Shown here: positions 1 through 8,423 of the stretch, in pieces
Position numbering within the stretch: the first letter of the stretch is position 1
Layout: every line of letters starts with the position of its first letter
Virus record (IMG/VR): IMGVR_UViG_3300012988_000001
Coordinates: 1 to 64,000 of that record
Strand: one strand, 5' to 3'
DNA length: 64,000 bases
Program-made: the position numbers and the translations under genes
Notes under the pieces: model-generated
The model's input: only the letters and a program-made list of their open reading frames with translations
What the model was told of the DNA's origin: nothing
Databases searched by the model: none

Positions 1-1
1 A

Positions 2-295
2 GAGATTCACGCAAAGGTTAACCGTAGCTCAAGCCGTTACAGTCACGAAAACACTGTAGGCGGCAGTGTAGAACTTGATTATAACATTGATTGGACTCCT
101 ACCCAAGAAGCGAACGCCGAACGGCTTGAAGAGTTTTTGACAGATACGATTCGCGACTTGTCACGCACTCTTTACCGCGAACTGGAAAAAGAGAATGATT
201 ATCAACAAAGCGATGAAGCACTTTGGGCTACTATCGAAGCGAACGAATACGATTTTAAAGTAAATCAGGATGGTGAAGTTTTGGGAATTGCATAA
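2..295 (+). CDS. Partial (3' end) conserved phage protein
   Basis: Hand translation gives an open frame from the window edge: ...TLYRELEKENDYQQSDEALWATIEANEYDF...; stop at 293-295. Confidence 0.75.
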   Translation, partial: EIHAKVNRSSSRYSHENTVGGSVELDYNIDWTPTQEANAERLEEFLTDTIRDLSRTLYRELEKENDYQQSDEALWATIEANEYDFKVNQDGEVLGIA

Positions 296-298
296 GAA

Positions 299-380
299 AG
301 TACTTGCATTACTCCCTGATAAGCGTATAATGATTTGCATAGGGGGAAACAACTTCCCCCGCTATTAAGAGAAACGAAAA
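299..380 (+). repeat. Promoter-stem-loop-RBS cassette (PeSL-like), copy 1
   Basis: AGTAC-TTGCAT N16 TATAAT, GGGGGAA-acaac-TTCCCCC hairpin, TAAGAGA RBS. Confidence 0.85.
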
Positions 381-827
381 ATGACTATCTACTACCTGAC
401 TTTCAAAACTCCAGACGGCAACGTAACCGACGCGAACGTAACCGCAAACACTGTACATGAAGCAATGGCAGTACTGCAAGCCGAAGAGAAAGAAGCCGTG
501 ATCGTGTCGGTAGTAGATACTGACACAAATCTGGAAACGGTCATTGATCACTTCAATTTTTACAAAGGCCGCCCGTTACAAGACTGGTATCATATCGAGA
601 TTGAGACTCGCCAACTACCAGAAGAACAACAGCACTTTGAGTTAGGTACTAGCATTTGGGTTACTACCAGTAAGCAAGTATTTTTCTGTTCACGTATTCA
701 CGTTGAAAAGCGTATTAAGATCGGTGCAGACTCTTACAGTGGTCTGTTCACTACCAATGAGCTTATGAATTGTAATTATGTCAGTACTAGCATTTGCCAG
801 AAGATTGGCGGCAGTATCTGGGCGTAA
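381..827 (+). CDS. Hypothetical early protein
   Basis: ORF behind its own cassette, followed by a hairpin terminator. Confidence 0.8.
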   Translation: MTIYYLTFKTPDGNVTDANVTANTVHEAMAVLQAEEKEAVIVSVVDTDTNLETVIDHFNFYKGRPLQDWYHIEIETRQLPEEQQHFELGTSIWVTTSKQVFFCSRIHVEKRIKIGADSYSGLFTTNELMNCNYVSTSICQKIGGSIWA

Positions 828-834
828 CGATAAC

Positions 835-960
835 ACAAGGGGAGGCAATGCTTCCCCTGTTTATTTGTACAGTACTAAATCCTATAGACGGACTGCTGCA
901 CCCTATGGGTTAGCTTGTTTTCATGAGATACATAATACAGGATTTGATCAGTACTGTCAA
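835..960 (-). ncRNA. CCCACAGGGTGC-family non-coding element, copy A (putative ~90 nt sRNA)
   Basis: Minus-strand TTGACA(955-960) N17 TATTAT(932-937); core at 897-909 (CCCATAGGGTGCA variant); GC hairpin at 839-857; no ORF with an RBS. Confidence 0.6.
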
Positions 961-1132
961 CATCTTTTTCAAATGAATTTAAACGCTCTGTATCGCTCTA
1001 TAAGCCGTTCAACGAATAAGGCAAGCAAACATATTAGGGCAGTACTTTAAACGCGTTATAGGCTTGCTGGTGGCGTTATGCTTTAGTACTGAAATATAAG
1101 GAAAATGAAAAAAGATTGTCAATCTCTTAAAA

Positions 1133-1307
1133 AGTACTTGACGGATGATCGCAGTACTGGCATAATGTATCACATAGAGCGGCGGGACAGGTTAACTTCC
1201 CTAAGTAGACAGCCAGTAAGTCAGACGAAAATCTGGTGTCGCACTGAAAGAAAGATTGAAAAGAGTTTTAAAAAGTACTTGACAAGCTGGTGGGAAATTG
1301 AGATAAT
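1133..1307 (+). promoter_or_regulatory. Tandem sigma70-type promoters upstream of gene 1358
   Basis: TTGACG(1138) N17 CATAAT(1161) and TTGACA(1279) N17 GATAAT(1302); the second has a Chi site in its spacer. Confidence 0.8.
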
Positions 1308-1357
1308 GACCCCGTAGACAGCAAACAACCTAACTAAACCTTAAGAGGAAATATACA

Positions 1358-1954
1358 ATGACTACTACTAACAACGCAACCGAAGCACGTGTAACCCTGA
1401 AATCTGCTCTTGAAGCTGGCGACGTAAAAGGCTTGGGTGCAATCCTCGCTAAAATCGGTGGCGATAAAGACGGCGTATCAAAATTGGGCTTGACTTTCTC
1501 CCTCGCAGTAACGGCGGCGAAAGATGTACTCAAAGATCAGGCTAAACAGGCCGCCCTTAACGCAGAAGCCGCAGCGAAACGCCGCGAAGATAAAAAGGCA
1601 GCACGTCAGGCAGAGATCGAAGCACAGAACGCAGAGATCAAGGCAGAGAAAGAAAACATGATCAAGTTCCTCATGGACACCGTGAACGGCCTCGGCCTTG
1701 ACCTTGAAGCGGCAGAAGTAGCAGCACAGGCAGCCGTTGACAAAAAATACGGCGTAAGCGAAAAGGCTAAAAAGTACACCTTTACCCGCGTGGCAGTGGT
1801 TGTAGACGGTAAAGAATACGATATGCCAACGTCCGGTAACATGGTTCAAGTGCTTAAAGATGCCATGACCAAAGGCGGCTACGCAACACACAAAGACTTC
1901 ATTCTTGCACACGCTAAAAACGCAGAAGAAGCCGCAGCAGCTTTCGCTGAATAA
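1358..1954 (+). CDS. Ala/Lys-rich coiled-coil protein, probably highly expressed
   Basis: GAGGA RBS, two promoters, own terminator, AAA/GCA/GGC-biased codons. Confidence 0.85.
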   Translation: MTTTNNATEARVTLKSALEAGDVKGLGAILAKIGGDKDGVSKLGLTFSLAVTAAKDVLKDQAKQAALNAEAAAKRREDKKAARQAEIEAQNAEIKAEKENMIKFLMDTVNGLGLDLEAAEVAAQAAVDKKYGVSEKAKKYTFTRVAVVVDGKEYDMPTSGNMVQVLKDAMTKGGYATHKDFILAHAKNAEEAAAAFAE

Positions 1955-1971
1955 GTCAAGTAATTAAAACT

Positions 1972-2000
1972 AAAAGCCTCGCATAATGTGGGGCTTTTTT
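1972..2000 (+). terminator. Intrinsic terminator
   Basis: AAAAGCCTCGCA-TAA-TGTGGGGCTTTTTT. Confidence 0.8.
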
Positions 2001-2020
2001 TATTATAAAAGATTGTAGAA

Positions 2021-2100
2021 AGTACTTGCAATACTTTTCTAGTACTGTATAATGGTTTGCATAGGGGGAAACAACTTCCCCACTAATTAAGGAAAGAATC
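2021..2100 (+). repeat. Promoter-stem-loop-RBS cassette, copy 2
   Basis: AGTACTTGCAA...AGTACTGTATAAT, GGGGGAA/TTCCCC hairpin, TAAGGA. Confidence 0.85.
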
Positions 2101-2466
2101 ATGACACCTTTACAACTGATGGCTGACTCTTATATCACGGCGATGCATTGGGCTAGTACTGATGAAAATGGTGATCCACTCGACAACTACCCTACAGCAG
2201 CAGAGGCAAAAGATATTGCGGCAACTACCTGCAATAACTTCCTGAAAGTCCACGGTGATGATCTATCAATCGTAATGGGGTTACATCCTCATTATGGTTA
2301 TGAGCAAGCGGGGCATGATTTGTTTTTGACTCGCGAAGGTCATGGGGCTGGTTTCTGGGATCGTGATCTTGGTCACTATGGGGACGTGTTTACAAAGTAC
2401 TGTCAATCTATTGGTACGGCTGATCCGTATGTGGGCGATGATGGTTTTGTTTACGTTAATGTTTAA
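2101..2466 (+). CDS. Conserved phage protein (GHDxxLTRxGHGAGFWDR motif)
   Basis: AGHDLFLTREGHGAGFWDRD motif, recalled from phage hypothetical proteins; function unknown. Confidence 0.75.
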   Translation: MTPLQLMADSYITAMHWASTDENGDPLDNYPTAAEAKDIAATTCNNFLKVHGDDLSIVMGLHPHYGYEQAGHDLFLTREGHGAGFWDRDLGHYGDVFTKYCQSIGTADPYVGDDGFVYVNV

Positions 2467-2467
2467 A

Positions 2468-2548
2468 AGTACTTGCATTACTTCTTAAGTACTGTATAAT
2501 GATTTGCATAGGGGGAAACATCTTCCCCCATTAATTAAGGAAATGAAA
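2468..2548 (+). repeat. Promoter-stem-loop-RBS cassette, copy 3
   Basis: Same consensus as copy 2. Confidence 0.85.
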
Positions 2549-2767
2549 ATGGATCTGAATATCAAGATCAACCTCACAGTGAAACAAGTCAATGGTGATG
2601 AAGTTCTCCCACACCACGTAGACGGCCTGCGAGAAAATGCCATTGCTTATATTCTGGAAATGGTTAGCGATGATTGCCGTGAAGGGGAATTTAATGAAGT
2701 AATGGAAAACATCTGTGATGATGAAGAAACAGAATATCGCGGGTACTGGTCGGTTGTAGAGGAATAA
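2549..2767 (+). CDS. Acidic hypothetical protein; paralogue of 11064..11303
   Basis: Shared EVLxHH..L.E.A...I..M...GE...Y.G.WSV pattern; start moved to the RBS-supported ATG. Confidence 0.75.
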   Translation: MDLNIKINLTVKQVNGDEVLPHHVDGLRENAIAYILEMVSDDCREGEFNEVMENICDDEETEYRGYWSVVEE

Positions 2768-2769
2768 TC

Positions 2770-3030
2770 GTGGCTGTCGGATTTGCTAAAGACGGGGCAG
2801 AACAAAACGAGATTATAGCGGTCGTGGAGGCCGCTGTAAGCCACGCAAGGAATCAGCTAGGGGATAACACTACCCCATCGCTTACGCATTGCCTAGACTG
2901 TTCTAAGGCCATTCCTGAGCGTAGGCGTGAAGCTGTTAAGGGTTGCAAATATTGTATTGATTGTCAAGCTGAGTATGATACAATATTCAAACGCAATCCA
3001 CGTAACTGCTGGCACAGGAGTATGAGATGA
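2770..3030 (+). CDS. DksA/TraR-family C4 zinc-finger protein (YbiI-like)
   Basis: CLDCSKAIPERRREAVKGCKYCIDCQ; N-terminus MAVGFAKD resembles YbiI. Confidence 0.9.
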   Translation: MAVGFAKDGAEQNEIIAVVEAAVSHARNQLGDNTTPSLTHCLDCSKAIPERRREAVKGCKYCIDCQAEYDTIFKRNPRNCWHRSMR

Positions 3031-3124
3031 TCTTTAAGTATAACATGGGTTGCTGTTCGCGTCAAGGGTTTTATGCAGTATATTCTGACGGGGTAAACTA
3101 TCGTTATCGGTTTGTCAAGTACTT

Positions 3125-3246
3125 TATGTAGGGGAGAGATCCCCTGTTTATTTGTACAGTACTAAATCATAAGGACGGACTGCTGCACCCTGTGGGCCTG
3201 TTTTTGTCTATGCGTGTATTATGCCAGTACTCCACCAGCTTGTCAA
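3125..3246 (-). ncRNA. CCCACAGGGTGC element, copy B
   Basis: TTGACA(3241-3246) N17 CATAAT(3218-3223); core 3184-3196; hairpin 3131-3144. Confidence 0.6.
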
Positions 3247-3339
3247 CATCTTTTTTTCTGAATATTATTTGAAGAAAGTACTTGCATTACTTTTGCAGTA
3301 CTGTATAATACTTACATCAACCACAGAGAGGAAAGCAAA

Positions 3340-3561
3340 ATGACTAAGTACCTGATGGAAGTTTTTACTACTGAAAACGTAGCAACCAATGTAAAGCGTT
3401 ATTACAAGGTTGTTTGTGGTGTAGGCCGCAGAATCAGTAAGGCAGACTATCAGAAGCTGGAAGATAACGCGGAGGGGGCTTGCTGCTTTAGTACTGTAAA
3501 CACGAAAACCCATATTAAGCAATACAAAACTTTAGAGTTCTATACTGATTTAGTTTTGTAA
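3340..3561 (+). CDS. Hypothetical early protein
   Basis: Own promoter (3282-3309) and GAGGA RBS. Confidence 0.8.
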   Translation: MTKYLMEVFTTENVATNVKRYYKVVCGVGRRISKADYQKLEDNAEGACCFSTVNTKTHIKQYKTLEFYTDLVL

Positions 3562-3562
3562 A

Positions 3563-3642
3563 AGTACTTGCATTACTTCTTAAGTACTGTATAATGATTT
3601 GCATAGGGGGAACAACTTCCCCCACTAATTAAGGAAACGAAA
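3563..3642 (+). repeat. Promoter-stem-loop-RBS cassette, copy 4
   Basis: Promoter nearly identical to copy 3. Confidence 0.85.
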
Positions 3643-3867
3643 ATGGCACTTATCAAGATTATCGAATCAAACGTAGCAGGTCAAGAAAGCACTTTCATTG
3701 AATATGATACTGATTCGTTTGACGAACGTTATGCGGTGCAATACGGTGGATCTGGTATCACGTTCAATGGCACAAAGGAAGGTTGGAAATGTGCGGTTGA
3801 AGATTATTTGTCAAACGTTAAACACCAATTAGAAAGTGCCGCACAAGAAGGTGGCTACCTCGCATAA
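3643..3867 (+). CDS. Hypothetical early protein
   Basis: ORF behind cassette. Confidence 0.8.
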   Translation: MALIKIIESNVAGQESTFIEYDTDSFDERYAVQYGGSGITFNGTKEGWKCAVEDYLSNVKHQLESAAQEGGYLA

Positions 3868-3948
3868 AGTTTTACTCCAGTACTTGACATACTAATCGAG
3901 TACTGGCATAATGACTTTATCGAAACGAAACACTATTAAGGAATTATC

Positions 3949-4242
3949 ATGGCTAAGTATTGCAGAGAGTGCGGCGGGTTGTGTGTAGTAGATGATTTTG
4001 GTGTATCGAATCATATCTATGAAAACGGTGATATTCACCACGTGCTGGATGGTGATCATGTGGCTATCCCTGAGATGGAAGAAACATTGATCAATGAGGA
4101 AGTTTTCGACTTCTGCAAAGATCATTATGAATGTTTCAACGCATACCCTACTGAGTGCGAATTGTCAAACGGTGATGTTTATTCTTTTGCCGAAATGATG
4201 AAAGTACTTTCAGAGGAACAAAAGCAAGAAATTGAAAAATAG
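3949..4242 (+). CDS. Hypothetical protein with N-terminal CxxC
   Basis: CRECGG; own promoter TTGACA(3884) N17 CATAAT. Confidence 0.8.
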   Translation: MAKYCRECGGLCVVDDFGVSNHIYENGDIHHVLDGDHVAIPEMEETLINEEVFDFCKDHYECFNAYPTECELSNGDVYSFAEMMKVLSEEQKQEIEK

Positions 4243-4323
4243 TACTTGCATTACTTTCTGATTACTGTATAATGTTTTGCATAGGGGGAAACATCTTCCC
4301 CCATTAATTAAGAGAATAATATC
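4241..4323 (+). repeat. Promoter-stem-loop-RBS cassette, copy 5
   Basis: Consensus cassette. Confidence 0.85.
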
Positions 4324-4704
4324 ATGGCTAACCAAATCACTCCAGCACAGATCTTTAACAAGTACGAAATTCAGATTGTACTGGTAGAGTATGTTCCATC
4401 CTATGGATGGTCTGACGCTTGCGTAGCCGAAGATGTAGCCGATGCAAAGCGTATCATTAAAGAGTATGCCGCAGAAGGTATCAGCCTGAAAAGTGTTCGC
4501 CGCTGGGTGCTTAACAAAGATGCGTTTCTCTGTCAAGCCCTGTTGAACTTCTGCCGTGACTACTATCGCCGTACTGGTGGACTTTGGCCTAATGAGGTTG
4601 AAGTACTGAAAGCTAACGGGGTGAAGAAATTCACCTTGACTTTGAAAGAAATCGAAGAAGTACTGGGTAATGATTGCCGTTTAGTTACTTCTCAGGCAGT
4701 ATAA
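4324..4704 (+). CDS. Hypothetical early protein
   Basis: ORF behind cassette. Confidence 0.8.
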   Translation: MANQITPAQIFNKYEIQIVLVEYVPSYGWSDACVAEDVADAKRIIKEYAAEGISLKSVRRWVLNKDAFLCQALLNFCRDYYRRTGGLWPNEVEVLKANGVKKFTLTLKEIEEVLGNDCRLVTSQAV

Positions 4705-4769
4705 AAAGTACTTGACACTATACGGGGATATGATATTATATCCCCATCTTAAGCAAAGAAGGTAATACA

Positions 4770-4961
4770 ATGTCTAGAATCTCAAACGCCGCCTTAGATG
4801 CTTTCGCACTGAAAGTAATGGCTGTTAGTACTAACAAGTCATGGGGTACTGATCAGTTTAAACGTCTGGTAATTTGTGCGGGTAACGGCATGACTGTAGA
4901 AGAAACCGCCAAAGAAATCGATGCAATGACTATTGACAAAGATCAGGATAATGGACTATAA
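4770..4961 (+). CDS. Hypothetical early protein
   Basis: Own promoter (TTGACA at 4712) and GAAGG RBS. Confidence 0.75.
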   Translation: MSRISNAALDAFALKVMAVSTNKSWGTDQFKRLVICAGNGMTVEETAKEIDAMTIDKDQDNGL

Positions 4962-5142
4962 TAAGGTTAACAAGCGAGTACTGGAGTTATCAAGGAAAGC
5001 ACGTAAAGAGTACACCTTAGATCGTTCAATTAGCAACTATCATTTAATGCAAGGTGATAAGTTTATTGTTATTGACGAACCGCTGGAAGTAGTGTATATT
5101 GTAGTTAATGCGATGATTCGCGACAAAACGAGGATTAAGTAA
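4933..5142 (+). CDS. Hypothetical protein
   Basis: Overlapping operon ORF. Confidence 0.6.
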   Translation: MTKIRIMDYNKVNKRVLELSRKARKEYTLDRSISNYHLMQGDKFIVIDEPLEVVYIVVNAMIRDKTRIK

Positions 5143-5390
5143 TGCGTACTATCTTTGACCTGCAAGACAAAGGAACTATGGCACGTAGATCAATGGTTAC
5201 TGTAGGCGGGAAACAACACTGGAGCGGTTATGTATGCTTCATTGTTGGCGGGAAAATGTATGAGCGGGTAGTATACCACAAAGAGCTTAATTACATTCTT
5301 TTCCGTAAAGAAGTGATCGCTATCGAACCAGAAGCCCTCAAACCGATTGCAGGGGCTTGGAATAAAGAATCGCTGAATGTATCAGCTTAG
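5142..5390 (+). CDS. Hypothetical protein
   Basis: TAATG coupling; hairpin at 5399-5417 follows. Confidence 0.7.
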   Translation: MRTIFDLQDKGTMARRSMVTVGGKQHWSGYVCFIVGGKMYERVVYHKELNYILFRKEVIAIEPEALKPIAGAWNKESLNVSA

Positions 5391-5440
5391 TTAATTAAAG
5401 GCCGCACAGAGCGGCCTATCGCTCATATGGGGGTATTATA

Positions 5441-5584
5441 ATGAATCCACGCAACATATTAATCAAACCACCAGCAACAAAGGCAGAACGGGCAGAACGC
5501 CGACGCAACCGCATGAAGTCACTTGTAAAGGCTGGCTATTCACGTTCACACGCTTTCAAACTTGCAAAGGAAGAAATAAAATGA
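5441..5584 (+). CDS. Small basic protein (47 aa, not in ORF track)
   Basis: GGGGG RBS; hand translation MNPRNILIKPPATKAERAERRRNRMK... Confidence 0.55.
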   Translation: MNPRNILIKPPATKAERAERRRNRMKSLVKAGYSRSHAFKLAKEEIK

Positions 5585-5704
5585 AACTTTGTCAAGTACT
5601 GGACGAGATTGAAAATATTGTTGACAGAAAACAACAATATGATACACTGTTATCAAGAAGTCAGGCAAATGAAGTTGAAAGGCAACGGATAGAAGGGGCA
5701 GAAT

Positions 5705-6007
5705 GTGAATCGTTATACGCAACCGCAGCACAGGGGAATAAGTACAGCAGCACAACGTCGCAAGCCAGCAAAGACTAAACACAGAAAGTACTTAAGAGAA
5801 CCCGTTCCCGTAGATACTAGCTGGCTGATGGATTATGACGTACAGCATATGTATTTGAATGGGGGATGGTCATTTGGTAACGGTATGATCTGGGGTAGTA
5901 CTGGCAGTGGTAAGAGTAATATCGGTGCAATGTATTTTAGTAAATTGAATGGCTGGACTTCTGCCGCCCCGAAAAAAGATTTTGAATCCCCGTTCAAAAA
6001 GGCTTGA
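5705..6007 (+). CDS. Hypothetical protein
   Basis: GTG start; start uncertain; overlaps ORF 5581..5778. Confidence 0.4.
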   Translation: MNRYTQPQHRGISTAAQRRKPAKTKHRKYLREPVPVDTSWLMDYDVQHMYLNGGWSFGNGMIWGSTGSGKSNIGAMYFSKLNGWTSAAPKKDFESPFKKA

Positions 6008-6072
6008 CACAATACCGGCTTAGTGAGATAATACTTACAAGCCGGAACAAAGGCACATACCCACAGGGTGCG
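6004..6072 (+). ncRNA. CCCACAGGGTGC element, copy C
   Basis: TTGACA(6004) N17 GATAAT(6027); core 6060-6071; converges on copy D. Confidence 0.55.
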
Positions 6073-6109
6073 GAAAAGTATTCAGTACTTGAGAATGATA
6101 ATCATTTAC

Positions 6110-6188
6110 ATCAACAGACGGATTCCTGCACCCTGTGGGCTAGTTGTTTTCATGGCTTTATCATGCCAGTACTGGATAGGTTTGTCAA
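6110..6188 (-). ncRNA. CCCACAGGGTGC element, copy D
   Basis: TTGACA(6183-6188) N17 CATGAT; core 6127-6139 followed by TCCGTCTG. Confidence 0.55.
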
Positions 6189-6220
6189 CTACTTTTTAAT
6201 GAAAAGAATTTGAAAATAAT

Positions 6221-6298
6221 GCTTGCAGTACTTTTAAATTAGCGTATAATGTTTTGCATAGGGAGAGATAATCTTTCCCACTAATTAAGGAAATGAAA
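6221..6298 (+). repeat. Promoter-stem-loop-RBS cassette, copy 6
   Basis: TTGCAG..TATAAT; hairpin variant GGGAGA/TTTCCC. Confidence 0.8.
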
Positions 6299-6664
6299 AT
6301 GGAACGTATCGTTTATGGTCGTGGTGCAAGTGCTGAAGTTGTTCCTGTAGAACTGCTGGCGATGTTAACCGAAATGATTCGCCGTAGTGATATTAGTTTT
6401 CCTCCGTCCGTAATGCCGTATGCTATCAGCTACGAAGTACGCAAGACTCCTAAGTACTGGAAGATTGACCGTGTAGAACTGGATAAAGATACAGGAGAAA
6501 TCCGTCAATATGGGCGTAGCTCTGCTGGTGCTGTAGACTTTGACGGAAACGTGTTTAAGTCTGCTAGTTATAACGCGGTGGCTAAAGGTATTCGCGGGAA
6601 TATCTTTGTTAATAACGGATTTAATGCAATTACTGGTGATGGTTATATCCGTTATTTAAATTAA
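6299..6664 (+). CDS. Conserved phage protein (GNVFKSASYNAVAKGIRGNI motif)
   Basis: Motif resembles a widespread phage hypothetical family (G.v.K.AS..A.AK..R.N); function unknown. Confidence 0.75.
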   Translation: MERIVYGRGASAEVVPVELLAMLTEMIRRSDISFPPSVMPYAISYEVRKTPKYWKIDRVELDKDTGEIRQYGRSSAGAVDFDGNVFKSASYNAVAKGIRGNIFVNNGFNAITGDGYIRYLN

Positions 6665-6667
6665 GAA

Positions 6668-6750
6668 AGTACTTGCAAAGTAATCAAAACAGCGTATAAT
6701 GTTTTGCATAGGGGGAGATAAACTCCCCCACTATTAAGAGAAGAAATATC
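6668..6750 (+). repeat. Promoter-stem-loop-RBS cassette, copy 7
   Basis: Consensus cassette. Confidence 0.85.
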
Positions 6751-6990
6751 ATGGCACAGAAAATCACTCGCACCGAAGTTAATCATTATCTGGCAGTACT
6801 GAATGGTGTATTGGCAGCGATGGGTGCAAAGTATCGTTATAAATTGCAACCTGTTGCTGGTGGTTATACACTGGAGAAGTACAATACAGAGGGCGATCTG
6901 GTCGATACTTGTATTGGTGGTCAATCTTTACGTGCAGTATATGAGATCATTCGTTTTTCTGCAAACATGATCGGGGATAACGTGAAGTAA
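6751..6990 (+). CDS. Hypothetical early protein
   Basis: ORF behind cassette. Confidence 0.8.
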   Translation: MAQKITRTEVNHYLAVLNGVLAAMGAKYRYKLQPVAGGYTLEKYNTEGDLVDTCIGGQSLRAVYEIIRFSANMIGDNVK

Positions 6991-7038
6991 TTATTATCAA
7001 AAGTACTCTTGACAATACTTTGAGAGTACTTTATAATA
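6987..7038 (+). repeat. 52-bp promoter block identical to 10981-11032
   Basis: GTAATTATTATCAAAAGTACTCTTGACAATACTTTGAGAGTACTTTATAATA occurs at both sites. Confidence 0.85.
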
Positions 7039-7069
7039 CTTACATCACTTAAGCAAAGAGAGAAACAAA

Positions 7070-7378
7070 ATGGAAAAGACTAAACTGTTCGTAGCTCAGA
7101 TTACCCTGCGTCATGGCGAATATGAAACGCAAGTTCGAAAACTGATCCTTGCGAAGTCGCAAATTGAAGCCGAACTGTTCGCCCGTAGCAATGAAGGAAT
7201 GGCGATCTATGACGGCTCATGCATCGAAGATGGTAACAGCTATCAGGAAGAAGGTCAACCAAATACATGGTACTTCTGCGGCGGGGATTGGTGCGTTACT
7301 CTGGGCGTGATCTGGGAGATGGAAGATCGCGAAATGGCGAAACAAGTAATTGCTAGCGGCTTAGTATCTTTCTTGTAA
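7070..7378 (+). CDS. Hypothetical early protein
   Basis: Own promoter and RBS. Confidence 0.8.
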   Translation: MEKTKLFVAQITLRHGEYETQVRKLILAKSQIEAELFARSNEGMAIYDGSCIEDGNSYQEEGQPNTWYFCGGDWCVTLGVIWEMEDREMAKQVIASGLVSFL

Positions 7379-7390
7379 TTACTTTCAAAA

Positions 7391-7474
7391 AGTACTTGCA
7401 TTACTTTCTGATTACTGTATAATGTTTTACATAGAGAGGGGAAACGGTTCCCCTCCTAAATTAAGGAAAGTCCC
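7391..7474 (+). repeat. Promoter-stem-loop-RBS cassette, copy 8
   Basis: Hairpin variant GAGGGGAA-acgg-TTCCCCTC. Confidence 0.85.
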
Positions 7475-7900
7475 ATGAGCAACAAAGTTAACATGACCGG
7501 TTTCGCTAACGACGCAAATTCCCCTACCATCCGTGCAGAAGGGTTGATCGGTGAAACGCAAGTGTTTATCGAGTACGATAAACTTACTGGCACTATTGTT
7601 GACAGTACTTTCAGGGAGTCATCCGATCTGTTCAAAGATATGGATAAGCAAGCCCGTCAGATTCTGGTGTTTAAAGTTCCTGTAGATCTGGCTGGTGATT
7701 CTTACACAGTACGCCAGTACAATCAAATGAATGAATGGCATGACAAACTGAAAGCGGCTGAGAAAGTACTTTCAGAAATGGATCGCCTTGTTACTTCTGA
7801 GGACTGGATGTATAACCAGTTAGGCCAAACTACTGGAAGCATTATCGACGCATTAAACGAGGTACGCATTGCACTGGATGCCCGTATAAGCAATTTATAA
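7475..7900 (+). CDS. Hypothetical early protein
   Basis: ORF behind cassette. Confidence 0.8.
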   Translation: MSNKVNMTGFANDANSPTIRAEGLIGETQVFIEYDKLTGTIVDSTFRESSDLFKDMDKQARQILVFKVPVDLAGDSYTVRQYNQMNEWHDKLKAAEKVLSEMDRLVTSEDWMYNQLGQTTGSIIDALNEVRIALDARISNL

Positions 7901-7911
7901 AGTTTAAAAAG

Positions 7912-8015
7912 GGGTTGACTTCGGTTAGCCCTTTTGCTATTATATAGTCATTGGCAGATAAGCTACTAACCCACAGGGTGCAATAGTCTGTCTGTTAAAA
8001 AGATATTAGTACTTT
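7912..8015 (+). ncRNA. Terminator/promoter hybrid plus CCCACAGGGTGC element, copy E
   Basis: GGGTTGAC-TTCG-GTTAGCCC-TTTT; TTGACT N17 TATTAT; core 7970-7982; 45 nt identical to copy H. Confidence 0.6.
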
Positions 8016-8094
8016 AATCTTTTATGAAAATAGTACTTGCATTACTTTCTGAATAGCGTATAATTACTTTATTGAAACAAACGAGGGTAAAGAG

Positions 8095-8346
8095 ATGGAA
8101 GATTTTAAAATTGTTAAACAGTTCTCACTAGCACAGAAAGGTAATCAATTCTTCTGTACTATTTCACGTAGAGAAACCCCAAATACAGAAACTGGTCTGA
8201 CTTGGGAAGTGTTAAAACAGACTAACACAGAAAAGCCAGTACTTGAAACTTATGATCGTTATGCGATTGCGGAAATGGATTTTACTCACTACGTTATCGA
8301 GTCATTGAATACAGATCATTTTTATCAGTTTTCAGCAACAAAATAG
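8095..8346 (+). CDS. Hypothetical early protein
   Basis: Own promoter and GAGG RBS. Confidence 0.75.
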   Translation: MEDFKIVKQFSLAQKGNQFFCTISRRETPNTETGLTWEVLKQTNTEKPVLETYDRYAIAEMDFTHYVIESLNTDHFYQFSATK

Positions 8347-8423
8347 TTGACTTACTTCTGAATAAGCGTATAATGGTTTGCATAGGGGAGATAGTGTCTC
8401 CCCACTAATTAAGGAAATGAAAA
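8345..8423 (+). repeat. Promoter-stem-loop-RBS cassette, copy 9
   Basis: TTGACT..TATAAT; GGGGAGA-tagtg-TCTCCCC. Confidence 0.85.

Noticed and set aside
1105-1317. ORFs 778..1050, 1105..1317, 6004..6213 and the 5' extensions at 2504, 10115, 16504, 17632
   Set aside because: They run through promoter and repeat elements; downstream RBS-supported starts or non-coding status fit better.
5705-6007. Walker A-like GSTGSGKS as an ATPase
   Set aside because: The ORF is only 100 aa with no Walker B context. The same applies to 53738..53998.
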